A stretch of DNA of 63,012 nucleotides, filler included, from Perkinsus chesapeaki ATCC PRA-425 (taxonomy: Eukaryota > Protista > Perkinsozoa): assembly GCA_013115145.1 (NCBI GenBank). It is 3 parts of 3 records of this genome, joined end to end, with 100 filler letters (N's around TTAATTAATTAA, not from the genome) between each part and the next. Parts side by side here need not be neighbours in the genome. Positions count along the whole stretch, not along the records: positions 29,770 to 61,273 come from JAAPAO010000419.1; 2 more parts are not named here. One strand, given 5' to 3'. Position numbers and translations under genes: made by a program. Under the pieces are notes generated by a model. The model was not told where the DNA came from. It worked only from the letters and a program-made list of their open reading frames with translations, and did no database searches. Below are positions 35,151-45,532 of the stretch, one piece after another. The first letter of the stretch is position 1. Each line of letters starts with the position of its first letter.

Positions 35151-35577
35151 ATGTTGTATTCAATCCTCCTCATCCAAATGCTCGTTGTTGATTACGCGTC
35201 AAGTGAATTACCTCAGGGTGGGTTCGATGGACGGTGATAAAAACCCGTACATTTGTGTAATCTGCCTTTTCAATAACACCGGCCAGTATCCTACCATATC
35301 TATCCAAGTTGAATGCTCTCCGTAAGGACAATATACTAATACAGATTATCTGCCGCTGACGATAGAACCCAAGGAGTCGCCTCACTCCTTTAGTATTGCC
35401 AATCTAAGCTCGGGAAACTACACCGACTTCATCGCTTCCCTTGATTCCCTCTGCTCCATGAGATTTCACTTTGGTGACTTCAGGGAGTTCGATGTTACCA
35501 CGGAGTCCAGCAAGGTGACCATATTTGAGGAAGGCAGGGGAATCGTGATGGATGGCCCCTACGGATATTCTTACTAG
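35151..35577 (+). pseudogene. Disrupted gene for a small secreted protein (one frameshift and one in-frame stop)
   Basis: MLYSILLIQMLVVDYASSELPQGGFDG (signal peptide) shifts frame near 35230 into DGDKNPYICVICLFNNTGQY...ECSP*(35323-35325)GQYTNTDYLPLTIE...GPYGYSY*. Confidence 0.55.
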
Positions 35578-36189
35578 ATGGGGAAAGACGATCTAATTGC
35601 TGAATGAGAAGGGTTACATAAGTGATGATGAACGCTTTGCTGGCGAAAGACTCGTCTTCTCGTGTCAGCATTTCATTGTATGATTCGTTCAATAGGGAAG
35701 ATCCCAACTACTTGTGTTTCAGCTAAAGATCATGACAGTCCAACAACTCTATCCTATTAGGCTTCTCGGAAGACTTTCTACCCCTACTCTGATAAGTCCT
35801 ACTTGTTACGCCACAGAGCTGCGTCGAGCCCTTGTTGTTACGGTAGCGTCGTTCTTGCCTTTACGGCAACAAGCTGCGGTGAGCTGTATTTGAGACGTAC
35901 GAGATACAAACGTGCAAGCGGGCGCGAAAATGATGGATTCGTGTAGTTCGCCGTGTGCTCTTGAGCCGACCTTTTTTGTATCTTTTGAGATGTTTAACCT
36001 TTTCACTTTTGAACACAACTCAATAACTCTTCATTAGAACATCATCATATCCCCTTCCGGATGTCCGGATTATCAAAATCACATAATTAAATAATAATTG
36101 TTTTACTTATATCAGCCGCTACGATGTAAAGCGAACCATCATAAGGCTGTTCAACAGACAAGAATAATAATAATAGTGCAGAATGGTCG

Positions 36190-37566
36190 TTATTGAATGC
36201 TCCAGTCTGGGGACAACTCGGTATCAGCCAAACTGACAGCGGCATCTCCAACGGCATCAACAATACCACTGCCACCACCACCAGCATCACTGGCTGCGGA
36301 GCTTGGAATGTTGTCCAACGTTGGAGGATCTATATTCTTAACCCAAGTCCATTTCCCACCGCAGAGATATTCGTCGACGAGCCAAACGCTCCAAGCGATG
36401 AGGACACCGCTCATCGTCCAATAGCTCCAGTTATCATCAAAGAGCTTCTTTTTCTTCACAGAATTGTCCTCGGAGTTCACCGGCTTGGCTTTGACAGATT
36501 GATCAAGAGATTGGACTGCTTCAGTGTGGTGAGCTAGAGCCGCTGATTGGCGGCCTAGGCTCGATGCCACATAATGAAGTGAGCTGTCGACGTCCTGTGT
36601 GAAGTCCGAGAGCTGGTGCGTTGCATTTATATTATGGAGGAGAAGGATAATGGCTACCAAAGTGGCCGAACTGAGAATGTAGGTGTACGACTTTAACAAG
36701 TTGATGCTCCGCTGCATGTCATTGAGGGCACCCTGCTCGACGACTCTCGTGTTGCTGCTGCGGTCTTCTTGGAAATCCTCTTGAAATGGTCGTCCACTCG
36801 ACTCACCACCAGAACCGGTGGTACTCTCCTTGATCTCACCAAGCAGCTCAGTTTGTTCGGCCTTGATCTCCTGTATAGATATCTCAAGTCGCTGTAGAGT
36901 CTCCACGTAACGAGCCTCGGCCGTAGCAATATTTTGCACCATAGCGCTCAGCGATTCTAGATTATCGTTCAATCGTTCGAGCTCAACAAAAGTAAGACTG
37001 GCCTGCTCTCCAACTTCAGCCGAGATCTCCTTGACGATGTTCTCAACGTTACCATCGATTTCAGCGAGCTTCGAGGAAATGTCAACCATCGGCTGAGCCG
37101 GCTGAGCCGTCTGAGTTTCCTTCATATCGTTCACCATCACTTCGATGTCCTTCGCAAGAACCTTCAATTGCTGACGTTCCTCCTGGGCGACGGTCTCGAC
37201 TATCTCTCGTAGCTTTTCCTCACTCACACCAACACCGTTTGCCCCAATACCACCATCACGAAGAGCAGCGATGATCTCCGGACGAGCCAAGAGTGACTGG
37301 ACGATCCTGTCAGCGATGTCGCCATTCCCGCGAGCCATCTGGGCGCTCAGTTGTTTGACAACTTGTTCACTCGCCTCGAAATTAGCACGAACCATCGCAG
37401 CAGTTTTATCGTCCAATTTTTGACCAATATTGGCGTTGCTCTCGATGATCTTCGGAACGATAGTAGCGGCCACTTTTTGACCGACGCGCTCGACTTCTGT
37501 GATGACGTTTGTGGTGGCTCGATCGATAAGAGGAGCCACCCACGGCGGAAGGTGATGTCCCCACAT
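36190..37566 (-). CDS. Hypothetical long coiled-coil protein with a C-terminal hydrophobic segment
   Basis: Long open frame rich in E/Q/L heptads, WSYWTMSGVLIAWSVWLV near the C-terminus; a possible in-frame 45-nt intron near 36610-36660. Confidence 0.7.
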   Translation of the reverse strand: MWGHHLPPWVAPLIDRATTNVITEVERVGQKVAATIVPKIIESNANIGQKLDDKTAAMVRANFEASEQVVKQLSAQMARGNGDIADRIVQSLLARPEIIAALRDGGIGANGVGVSEEKLREIVETVAQEERQQLKVLAKDIEVMVNDMKETQTAQPAQPMVDISSKLAEIDGNVENIVKEISAEVGEQASLTFVELERLNDNLESLSAMVQNIATAEARYVETLQRLEISIQEIKAEQTELLGEIKESTTGSGGESSGRPFQEDFQEDRSSNTRVVEQGALNDMQRSINLLKSYTYILSSATLVAIILLLHNINATHQLSDFTQDVDSSLHYVASSLGRQSAALAHHTEAVQSLDQSVKAKPVNSEDNSVKKKKLFDDNWSYWTMSGVLIAWSVWLVDEYLCGGKWTWVKNIDPPTLDNIPSSAASDAGGGGSGIVDAVGDAAVSLADTELSPDWSIQ

Positions 37567-37748
37567 TAAATTGTTCAAGGGAGGAGAGATAAAAGTGACG
37601 CTGCAAAAAGTCGGGAAAATTCCAGCCGGTTGAAACGCAAGAATCTTACGTCGCACAATCTAGATACGGACGCTCACAAGAGCCCAATTGACGATACATA
37701 GCCCCACTTAAATACAAATCTTGCAATCTTACCCCTCTTTACATTTCC

Positions 37749-38375
37749 TCAACACACCTTGTCCCAACCCTCATCAGCGTGACTGGTGGTGCTGGTATTG
37801 TTTGGACTCACATCCTCGGCGGACTGAGCTTCAGTAGGCTCTGGAGAATCTTCCTTTTCTGCGCACTGTGAAGATTTTCCAAGAATCTTCATACCAATTC
37901 TTTCCATATCCTCCCGCGTGGCTCCCATCCAATAAAGAGCTGCTGCCGCGCCAACACCAGCCGAAGCCAGCAGACTGACGACAGTCAAACATGCCGCTCC
38001 CAGCCACCACGATCGATTATGTGTCGAAGAAGTACAGTGTGAGCAGGTCCTAGTAGTAGATATGAGGGCGGAGTCACCAATTGCCATTGCGTGGCTTCCC
38101 GCGGTGCTGGCCAAAGAGCGGCAAAGTGATTTTGCCATCTGCGTTGCCACGGACTCGGCCTCGATGGTTATTCCAGCAGGGCAGCTCGCCGGCACCTTCA
38201 CCGTGGCGGACACGTTAGCGGTGAGCTCTCGGATGAGCTGTGATGAAGAGTGAGCGCCATCGACTGGCAGACGGCTCAGAAGGTCGCATTTCCAGGAGCA
38301 TTCTGGTGAGGAGTATTCCCTAGCGAAGGTTCGAACGATACCATCTGACGTTGGCTTCGAGACCTGGCTGCCCAT
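37749..38375 (-). CDS. Hypothetical membrane protein with an N-myristoylation-like start (MGSQVSK)
   Basis: Open frame of ~208 aa, MGxxxS motif, one TM (WWLGAACLTVVSLLASAGVGAAAALYW). Confidence 0.6.
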   Translation of the reverse strand: MGSQVSKPTSDGIVRTFAREYSSPECSWKCDLLSRLPVDGAHSSSQLIRELTANVSATVKVPASCPAGITIEAESVATQMAKSLCRSLASTAGSHAMAIGDSALISTTRTCSHCTSSTHNRSWWLGAACLTVVSLLASAGVGAAAALYWMGATREDMERIGMKILGKSSQCAEKEDSPEPTEAQSAEDVSPNNTSTTSHADEGWDKVC

Positions 38376-38569
38376 TTTCGAAAACGGCTGAGATAATACA
38401 GATTGAAATGACAACGAAAGGCGGTTAGAGTATCAGGATACGTTATGGAAGTACATTGCGACCTCGGCAGCAGCAGCAACCAGCAGCAGGCGGTGGCTTG
38501 GAGTGAACAGCAATTCTTGCGCGTGCGGGACGGCGAAAGATTCTCCTTATTGTTCAACACGTAGTGCTA

Positions 38570-39218
38570 TTAACATTCATCATCTTCACGAGTTCGTCGC
38601 TTGGTTCCAGAAAGATATCTTTCAGATTCACGCACCTCAGCCAGACCAACGCTCCGAATCCTTCTCCTTCGCCCGTCGACAATGCGTCTACGGTCAACAA
38701 CTCTCCGCAGTCCAATTCTTCGCGGTGCGCAATGAGGCGTATCTTCGCATACTGGAGGTAGAAGGAGCTCCGGAACATCCAACAAAGATTCGTCCAGGCA
38801 ACTTAACCGAGGGCTCTCGGGGACAATGACCTCTGGGGACAGCTCGAGCGGAAGGAAAGATTCGACCAAACAGTCAAAGTCACAATCATCACAATAAGCC
38901 TGGCAGCCTAATCGTGGCTGTTTGGTTGGACGACAGTCAGTAGCTTCGACAATAACAGCATTGCTGGGGAAGAAGCTCCGAGGAGTTTCTGACGGAGAAA
39001 TCGAATAATAGGCTGCTTCCCATATAGAAGGTACCTCCATCAGCACTCCAGGGTTGCTGCTGTTGTTGGGGACTGGTGCCGAATAGAGTCTGAAAGATCT
39101 TCGACTGAGACACAATGGAATCGATGGTGGAATCAGTGGTGGCTATAGTAGGGGAGGAGGAGCTGCTGCTGCTGCTGGTAGAGCTTTGGTGAAGAGGAGG
39201 AGGCAAGTAACAAGCCAT
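38570..39218 (-). CDS. Hypothetical two-exon protein (Ser-rich N-terminus, Cys cluster, Arg-rich C-terminus)
   Basis: Exon 39218-39035, a 46-nt GT-AG intron and exon 38988-38570 join in phase (WSADGE-TPRSFF...). Confidence 0.55.
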
Positions 39219-39647
39219 TATTGATAAAACAGACTGATAGTTTATATACCAAAGATTACATGAAACATATAGGACTTCAAGTCAACCTATCTTGCATCTT
39301 GCACGGTTAACCTCAAGATCCTCGAGCACAAATCTTAGCCACAGCAACATTGCGCTGCGTTTCACTTCTTGTGTCCGTCTCCTTATATAGTCTTTACCCC
39401 TTCATATTTCCTTAAACCTCACAGTTCATTCTACTTCTCATCATCAACCATTCGAAGCTTTCAACAAACACACGACCCTTATCGGTCGTTACATCATTAA
39501 TCCTTTGGAGGACGTACCTTTGTAGATAGCGCGCGCCATGATAATCGATTTAATATCCGCGAGGTTGAGGTGGTAAGATCAAAAGTAGGTCGGCTTCCGA
39601 GCATATTATCTCCTTTTAGGGTTGTTGTTGTTAATCGTTTGCTGATA

Positions 39648-42461
39648 ATGAAGTTTGGGCAATATCTTCAGAACCATCGAGTGATAGCCTGGCGGCCTTA
39701 CTACATGAATTATCACCGGCTTAAGGCGATTCTGAAAGATATAGTGAATAACAATACCGGCAACGAAAGATTCCTGGAAGAGCTCAAGCTGGATATGGTC
39801 CGCGTTGAGGAGTTCTATAAGATGCAGGAAGCCGAAGTCGTTGAGGAGGCCCAGGCGGTGGACCCTGAAGATAAAGACCAGTTCTCGGCATTCGTCCAGA
39901 AAGTCCGCGACTTGGAGAATTTTGCGGAGCTGAACTCCGAAGGCCTCAGAAAAATAGCGAAAAAGTACGACAAGTTGGTGATAAGGCCCGGCTTGTTGCA
40001 TACCATTGAAGAAGGCGGTGGCAGCGGGGCGAGTCTGATGAGAGATATTCTCAAGGAGATTCAGCACTGCACATTCAGCCAGGCCTCGGATCGTTTGGCT
40101 GCCGTGTTGGACTATTCAACGTCGAATGAAAAGTCTCGTGGGATGCCATTGGACCTGGATAAGATAGCAGCGACACATAATAGAACAGCAAGTGTGAATG
40201 TAGGTGACTTTGTGGAACGATACGCAGCTGAAGAGGAGAAGCCTCGAGAGCACGAGACTAAGGTCAAGACCGTCTTACACTACTTCAAAGCCATAGTGTT
40301 CTTCGCCATGGTCTTCGTCGGCTGCCTTGTATGTTGGCTCCTACGGGTCGGTGCGCCCCTTCTTGATGGTTGGTCCTACATATCGGTAGCGGTGACCTGC
40401 TCAGCTCTCGCGTTACTCGTTATGCATTATCCTGCTGATGCTGTTATGATGGGCTCGACTTTAGTTCTCACTCTCACTGGTGTCCTCAATAACAAAGAGG
40501 CCTGGGATGGCTTCTCCAACGATGTCGTTCTATCTGTGGCAGTACTTCTCATCATTTCAGCTGCAGTTAAAAATACTGGTGTTGTCCAATACGTCTTTAT
40601 CGATGGCGGTCTCCTCGGCCATCCTAAGAGCCTTCCTATGGCGATGCTCCGTCTCTTCGTCCCTGCTGTCTTGCTTAACATTTGCGTATCCAATACTGCT
40701 GTGATGGGAGTCCTCCTGCCCGTCGTCCAGAAATGGTCCAAAGACATCGGGCTTGACCAAGGCCTCTTGCTCATGCCTTTGTCGTATATCCTTCTTATCT
40801 CCGGTGTATTCGCCATATTTTCGACTTCGAGCAATCTCATCACCCAGGGTCTCCTCGTCGATGGTGACTTCGAGCCTTTCGAGAACTTCGCCATGGCCCC
40901 CATCATTCTTCCGGCAACGGTTGCAGCCTTCGTTTACATGGTCATCGCCGTCCCTATAGTTTTCAAGGATCGGATGCCCAAAGCTCGAGCGCTGGCCAGC
41001 GCCAACGGTGCAGGCCACAGACTGCTGCCGACGCAGGAATCTGTGATGAGTTCAAAGAAGTTTGTCGTTTCAGCGCAGATCACCGGCTTGTCTCTGGATG
41101 GCAAAACTTTGGCGGATTCTGGTCTCTACGACTTACTGGACTCTCCAGATGACATTGTCGAAATTGAGCGTCTTGGCGAACGGGGGCGAGCGACGCCCGA
41201 CTTTGTACTTCAGCCGTATGATGTTCTTCACATTTACTGCTCAGCTGACACGGTGTTGAAGCTCCACAATGACGGACGTGTCGGTCTGCTTACTCGAGAC
41301 TCAGGAGAACTGTCGACTGGGGGCAATTTCGGCGGTAAAGCCCAAAACACCGAGTTGTTCGAGGTTGTGTTGGACGGTCTATGTCCTCTTATTGGCCAGC
41401 CGATCGTCAACGCTGATACGCGGAAGCTCTACGGTGGTCAGATAGTGGCAATTCGGCCGCACGATTTACAGCTTGTTCAGAAGGATAACAGACAGGTTGT
41501 TGTGTCGAAAAGGCGGATGAAGAATCTGACACCAAGTGCGCCGTCAGCCCACATTCGATCCAGGCCGAGTGCTCGGACCTTCTCGGAGTCGGAGATAGCC
41601 CCTATGGCTTTCGGCAGCGTTGGGGCATCAATTCCGGGACGGTCGGTCGCGTACACTCCACTGCCCGAGTCCGAAATGGAACCTGAACAAGAGTCAGTTG
41701 TTAGATTGCTCCAATCGGAAATGGACGAAAAGAGTTGGCGGCTTGCAGTGGGCGATGGACTCATCATCGAGGCACCTTCGGGATTTGCAGAGCAGTTTTC
41801 CGGCACTGGCCACTTCGCTGTGATCACGCGGCTGAAGTCAGCAGACACTAAGGAGGAGAAGTCCACAGCAGATGCTCGGAAATTGATGTGGATATCTGGT
41901 GCGATTGTCCTTGGTATGGTCCTTCTTGTGGCCACCAACACCTTGCCTCTACTTCAAGCTAGTATGACGGCATCATTTCTACTCGTAATATTTGACTGTC
42001 TTCCATTAACTAAGGCTATCGCTGCTGTTAACATTCGAACTGTGATGACCATTGTCGGTGCCTTTGGAGTTGGTAAGGCCATGGCCAAGACGCACGTGGC
42101 CAAGGTCCTGGCTCAAGCCCTGGTCGGGTTGATGTCTCCATTGGGGGCGATCGGCGTGCTTGGTGCCATCTTTGCGGCTACCTGCTTACTTGGGGTAGTC
42201 TTCCACGCCACAGCGGTGGTGGTGCTGCTTTTCCCCGTTTGTGTCTCTGTGGCTCATCAAATGGGTATGCCGGTTCACCAGTGCCTCGGTCCCTTGATGG
42301 TCGGTGCTGGTTGCCAGTTCCTAAGTCCAATATCTTATCAAACTAACCTCATGGTTTATGCAGTGGCTGGATATGCCTTTGGTGACTTTGCTAAACTGGG
42401 CCTTGGTCTTACCATTGTAGTTGGGATAATAGCTGTCCCGTTGTGCAAGATATGTTTATAA
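39648..42461 (+). CDS. SPX-domain SLC13/DASS-type anion (phosphate/sulfate) transporter with internal RCK_C (TrkA-C) domains; intronless
   Basis: SPX signatures MKFGQYL...WRPYYMNYHRLK and LNSEGLRKIAKKYDK; two hydrophobic halves with the SLC13-like motifs SNTAVMG, STSSNLI and FLSPISYQTNLMVY; central LDGKTLADSGL...LQPYDVL and LIGQPI...GDGLIIE RCK_C-like segments. Confidence 0.88.
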   Translation: MKFGQYLQNHRVIAWRPYYMNYHRLKAILKDIVNNNTGNERFLEELKLDMVRVEEFYKMQEAEVVEEAQAVDPEDKDQFSAFVQKVRDLENFAELNSEGLRKIAKKYDKLVIRPGLLHTIEEGGGSGASLMRDILKEIQHCTFSQASDRLAAVLDYSTSNEKSRGMPLDLDKIAATHNRTASVNVGDFVERYAAEEEKPREHETKVKTVLHYFKAIVFFAMVFVGCLVCWLLRVGAPLLDGWSYISVAVTCSALALLVMHYPADAVMMGSTLVLTLTGVLNNKEAWDGFSNDVVLSVAVLLIISAAVKNTGVVQYVFIDGGLLGHPKSLPMAMLRLFVPAVLLNICVSNTAVMGVLLPVVQKWSKDIGLDQGLLLMPLSYILLISGVFAIFSTSSNLITQGLLVDGDFEPFENFAMAPIILPATVAAFVYMVIAVPIVFKDRMPKARALASANGAGHRLLPTQESVMSSKKFVVSAQITGLSLDGKTLADSGLYDLLDSPDDIVEIERLGERGRATPDFVLQPYDVLHIYCSADTVLKLHNDGRVGLLTRDSGELSTGGNFGGKAQNTELFEVVLDGLCPLIGQPIVNADTRKLYGGQIVAIRPHDLQLVQKDNRQVVVSKRRMKNLTPSAPSAHIRSRPSARTFSESEIAPMAFGSVGASIPGRSVAYTPLPESEMEPEQESVVRLLQSEMDEKSWRLAVGDGLIIEAPSGFAEQFSGTGHFAVITRLKSADTKEEKSTADARKLMWISGAIVLGMVLLVATNTLPLLQASMTASFLLVIFDCLPLTKAIAAVNIRTVMTIVGAFGVGKAMAKTHVAKVLAQALVGLMSPLGAIGVLGAIFAATCLLGVVFHATAVVVLLFPVCVSVAHQMGMPVHQCLGPLMVGAGCQFLSPISYQTNLMVYAVAGYAFGDFAKLGLGLTIVVGIIAVPLCKICL

Positions 42462-42512
42462 GGAAAGGATGAAGCCAGTATTCTGCATTGTTTATTCCCC
42501 GAAAAGGAGTGA

Positions 42513-42830
42513 GTATCTTCAAAGATATTCTTCATAGTGCGAGAAGTATCTTTAAAGATGTTCTTCATAGTGCGAGAAGTATCTTCAAAGATATTCTTCA
42601 TAGTGCGAGAAATATCTTTAAAGATATTCTTCATAGTGCGAGGAGTATCTTTTAAGATATTCTTCATAGTGCGAGAAGTATCTTTTAAGATATTCTTCAT
42701 AGTGCGAGAAGTATCTCTTAAGATATTCTTCATAGTGCGAGAAGTATCTTTAAAGATAATCTTCATAGTGCGAGAAGTATCTTTAAAGATATTCTTCATA
42801 GTGCGAGAAGTATCTTTTAAGATATTCTTC
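42513..42830. repeat. 33-bp minisatellite, about 9.6 copies, with an internal 14-bp palindrome
   Basis: Unit GTATCTTTAAAGATATTCTTCATAGTGCGAGAA starting at 42513, 42546 ... 42810; TATCTTTAAAGATA is self-complementary. Confidence 0.95.
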
Positions 42831-43054
42831 TTGATCTGATATAACTGTTGTTGAGGAATGTCATATTTGATGGTGTCTATCATATGTAAACTTGTTTATC
42901 GACTTGGGTAATACTCCTGTTGTATAATATCAACCTAATCGCCGCTACTTCACCATTGTCACTCTCGTCGCGTTGTTGTGTATTATCATTCAATCGACTG
43001 TTTCATTCTTTATCATTTATGTTGGATGAAGTGTGGCAATAAAAGTAAGGTAGG

Positions 43055-43120
43055 AGGGATGGAACCGGGGACCTTTTGGATGGGAGGAGGAAGGCCTAAC
43101 GGTTTGACTATTGTGGTCGG
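43055..43120 (-). repeat. tRNA-like element upstream of and antisense to the ERD2-like gene
   Basis: Minus strand TAGTCAAACCGTTAGG...AAAAGGTCCCCGGTTCCATCCC. Confidence 0.5.
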
Positions 43121-43149
43121 CAGTCTTACTGTTTATCTTTTCTCGGCTT

Positions 43150-45387
43150 ATGGAGGACGTATTTCTCTTCGAGCTTGGATACGGCATACAACTGGCGGCT
43201 TCGCTGTTGCTGTTGTATAGAATAGCAACAATGAAGAATATATACGGATTGTCGATCGATACACAAGTTTGCTTCCTGATGGGTAAGCTGGAAAGATATT
43301 TTAGAGGTTGACTTTGTACCCTCCTCATGGAACGAGGAAATTGCCCTCCTTGTCGAGTGTGGCGGTGCTAACACTTTCTCGCATAGCCATTCTAAATAAA
43401 AGGCATGAAACGGTTGATCGATTTAGTATTCTCACTGGCGGCACGAAGTTGACGTGAAAATAATGCGAAAGCGGAAGTCTGTGTTTGAGTATAGACGGGG
43501 CGGACACGGCAAGGCGCCTTGGGAACATTCAGGCGTGGGAAAGCTTAAAATAGGGCTTCCGGAACTCCGCGGAATCTATCCAATATTAAGTGGGGGAAGG
43601 CGAGGAGATCGGGCGGATGAAAGCTTCTCTCTCCGAGAACGTAGGTGCCCATACGCATCCAATCCAACTCTTGTATAATAGAAGGATAAGTTAATAATTA
43701 ATATTCTATGAACCTAACTTCGGGTTAGGGTCGTCTAGGTAGTAGAATGCTGTGATGGTGGAGTAGGTTGTATATGTTAGTTATCAATGATTATGTCATT
43801 TAACTTTATAGTGCTGCTGCTGAGTAATGAGGTATCATTACTCCATATGAGTGTGATTACTATATTTACAGTAGTATATTGTACTATTAAGCTTATCCAT
43901 ATTGCTGGGTCCGATGAAATGGTAGTGTTAACAGGTACGTTGTCCCGGTTTGTGTGGATGATGGATACTCGTTTGGTGGAGACATGGTTTTCATATTTCG
44001 AGCTGTGGCTCAATTTAGCAGTTCAGATGGCATTGTGTTACTATTGCTACATGTAATATAAGGAAGGTGGAGCATGTATCTTTCTCAAACAATTCCGCCG
44101 CTCGACCTTCGCACTATAAAGAAGGCGTTTCCTATAGAGTGCGGTGAGGGAATCTTGGAGGTCAACGGATGCAACCGGATGACAGATGGATGCGGTTGCC
44201 GTGAGAGGATATTCCATTGCCATGTGCGCCGGTGCTATTAAAGTGGAAAATATTGTATTCGCAGAAGGATATGTTTTGTGGTTCTTTTTTCTCAACGAGG
44301 AATGCATTCCTCGATTCTGAGTAAATCTCTGATGGGACTTCGCAATTTCAGAGGCGGAGATGGTTGATATGATTGCACTGTACGTTGGCCAACACGAAAA
44401 AATTGCTCATTAGTGTGTAGCGCAGAGGGGTGATCATTTCAACTTTCCGTTGGGGGCCTCGTTGTTGAACATACCGTAGAGATCGATGGAACCTCCCTAT
44501 GTATTTTCAAGCATGAGCTTCGGACATCCACCCATGTTCGAATAGTGTTAGTTATTTAGTTACTGGTATACGACAACAATGCATGCCCCACGTTACCTTC
44601 GTGCCCCGGTATTAGCAGCAGTTGCATTGTTATTGGCTTTCCTATTCCATCCGGGATATGAATGGTTATCTGGCCAGGTAATACATTGTTTACGTCATTC
44701 CGTCCCTTGCTGCACTCTACAGTGTATGTAGCCAACGAATTGATGTCTATCTTGACCGCTATCGGTAAATTGATGTGAACCCTATCCGTAAATTGATATC
44801 TTTCTTCTTCAAAGGTAGGCTTCGAAAAGGTATAGTAATCTTAGAGAGTCTTTCTACTCTCCGCGGTAGATGATATCGCGAACTGCGGTGGATGTAATTG
44901 ACGTGATCTACATTATATCATATTTGTCGTCTTTCTTCGACTGTAGCTTTTATCAGGTATTAGTAGCTTTTACCATGTACATAGAGGCAATGGGACTTTT
45001 ACCTCAACTTTGGTTAATGAGGAAAATGATGGATGTAATAATATTCAATAACCATTCTCGTCAACTACCCTGCTGTTCCAGATCGAGCCGATCACGTCTC
45101 ATTACGTGGGGTTGTTGGTGATATCTCGGGCGGTCCGAATGGTCTTTTGGGGAGTGCTTTACATGCAAGTGAGTCATCGAAAGGTCCCTAGTTCGATTCC
45201 TGGTCACGGTGTTTCTCTGCCAGGGAGAGCATTTCTTGTGTTTGTTTTTGGCGGATCTCTTCCATACTTTATTTTGCGCCGATTACCTCTACTTGTGGTG
45301 CAAGAAATTGAGGTAGTGTTACGGGTGGGTTCAAGTTGACCTAAAGATTCCTTCAGGACCGGAGGTCGTCTTGTCTATGCTCTCTAG
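43150..45387 (+). CDS. ERD2: ER lumen protein-retaining receptor (ERD2/KDEL receptor-like), 7 exons
   Basis: Exons 43150-43282, 43935-44052, 44560-44677, 44957-45034, 45082-45168, 45224-45312 and 45357-45387 all join in phase; motifs GLSIDTQ, FTMYIEAMGLLPQL, SHYVGLL..SR, HTLFCADY. Confidence 0.88.
45169..45223 (+). repeat. 55-nt intron made largely of a tRNA 3'-half-like sequence
   Basis: gtgagtcatcg-AAAGGTCCCTAGTTCGATTCCTGGTCACGG-tgtttctctgccag. Confidence 0.7.
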
Positions 45388-45492
45388 GCTGGGGGTGGTT
45401 GAACGATCGAGAAAGGGCCTCACCGCAGCTGTCATATAAGTGCCATAGTTTCTTCAGTCGAACGAGGCTATGTGTTATTATTTCATTCAATA

Positions 45493-45513
45493 GGTCGCAG
45501 GTTCAATTCCGCG
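45493..45513 (+). repeat. tRNA T-arm/B-box-like motif between ERD2 and the JmjC gene
   Basis: GGTCGCAGGTTCAATTCCGCG. Confidence 0.45.
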
Positions 45514-45532
45514 TGACTTCATTTCAGTTTTT

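Noticed and set aside
42513-42830. CRISPR-like appearance (33-bp palindromic repeats)
   Set aside because: Units are directly adjacent with no unique spacers, there are no cas genes, and the context is eukaryotic.
42356-42883. 175-aa minus-strand ORF and 100-aa plus-strand ORF with 11-aa repeats
   Set aside because: By-products of a stop-free 33-bp minisatellite; the minus ORF overlaps the transporter antisense and has no other coding signal.
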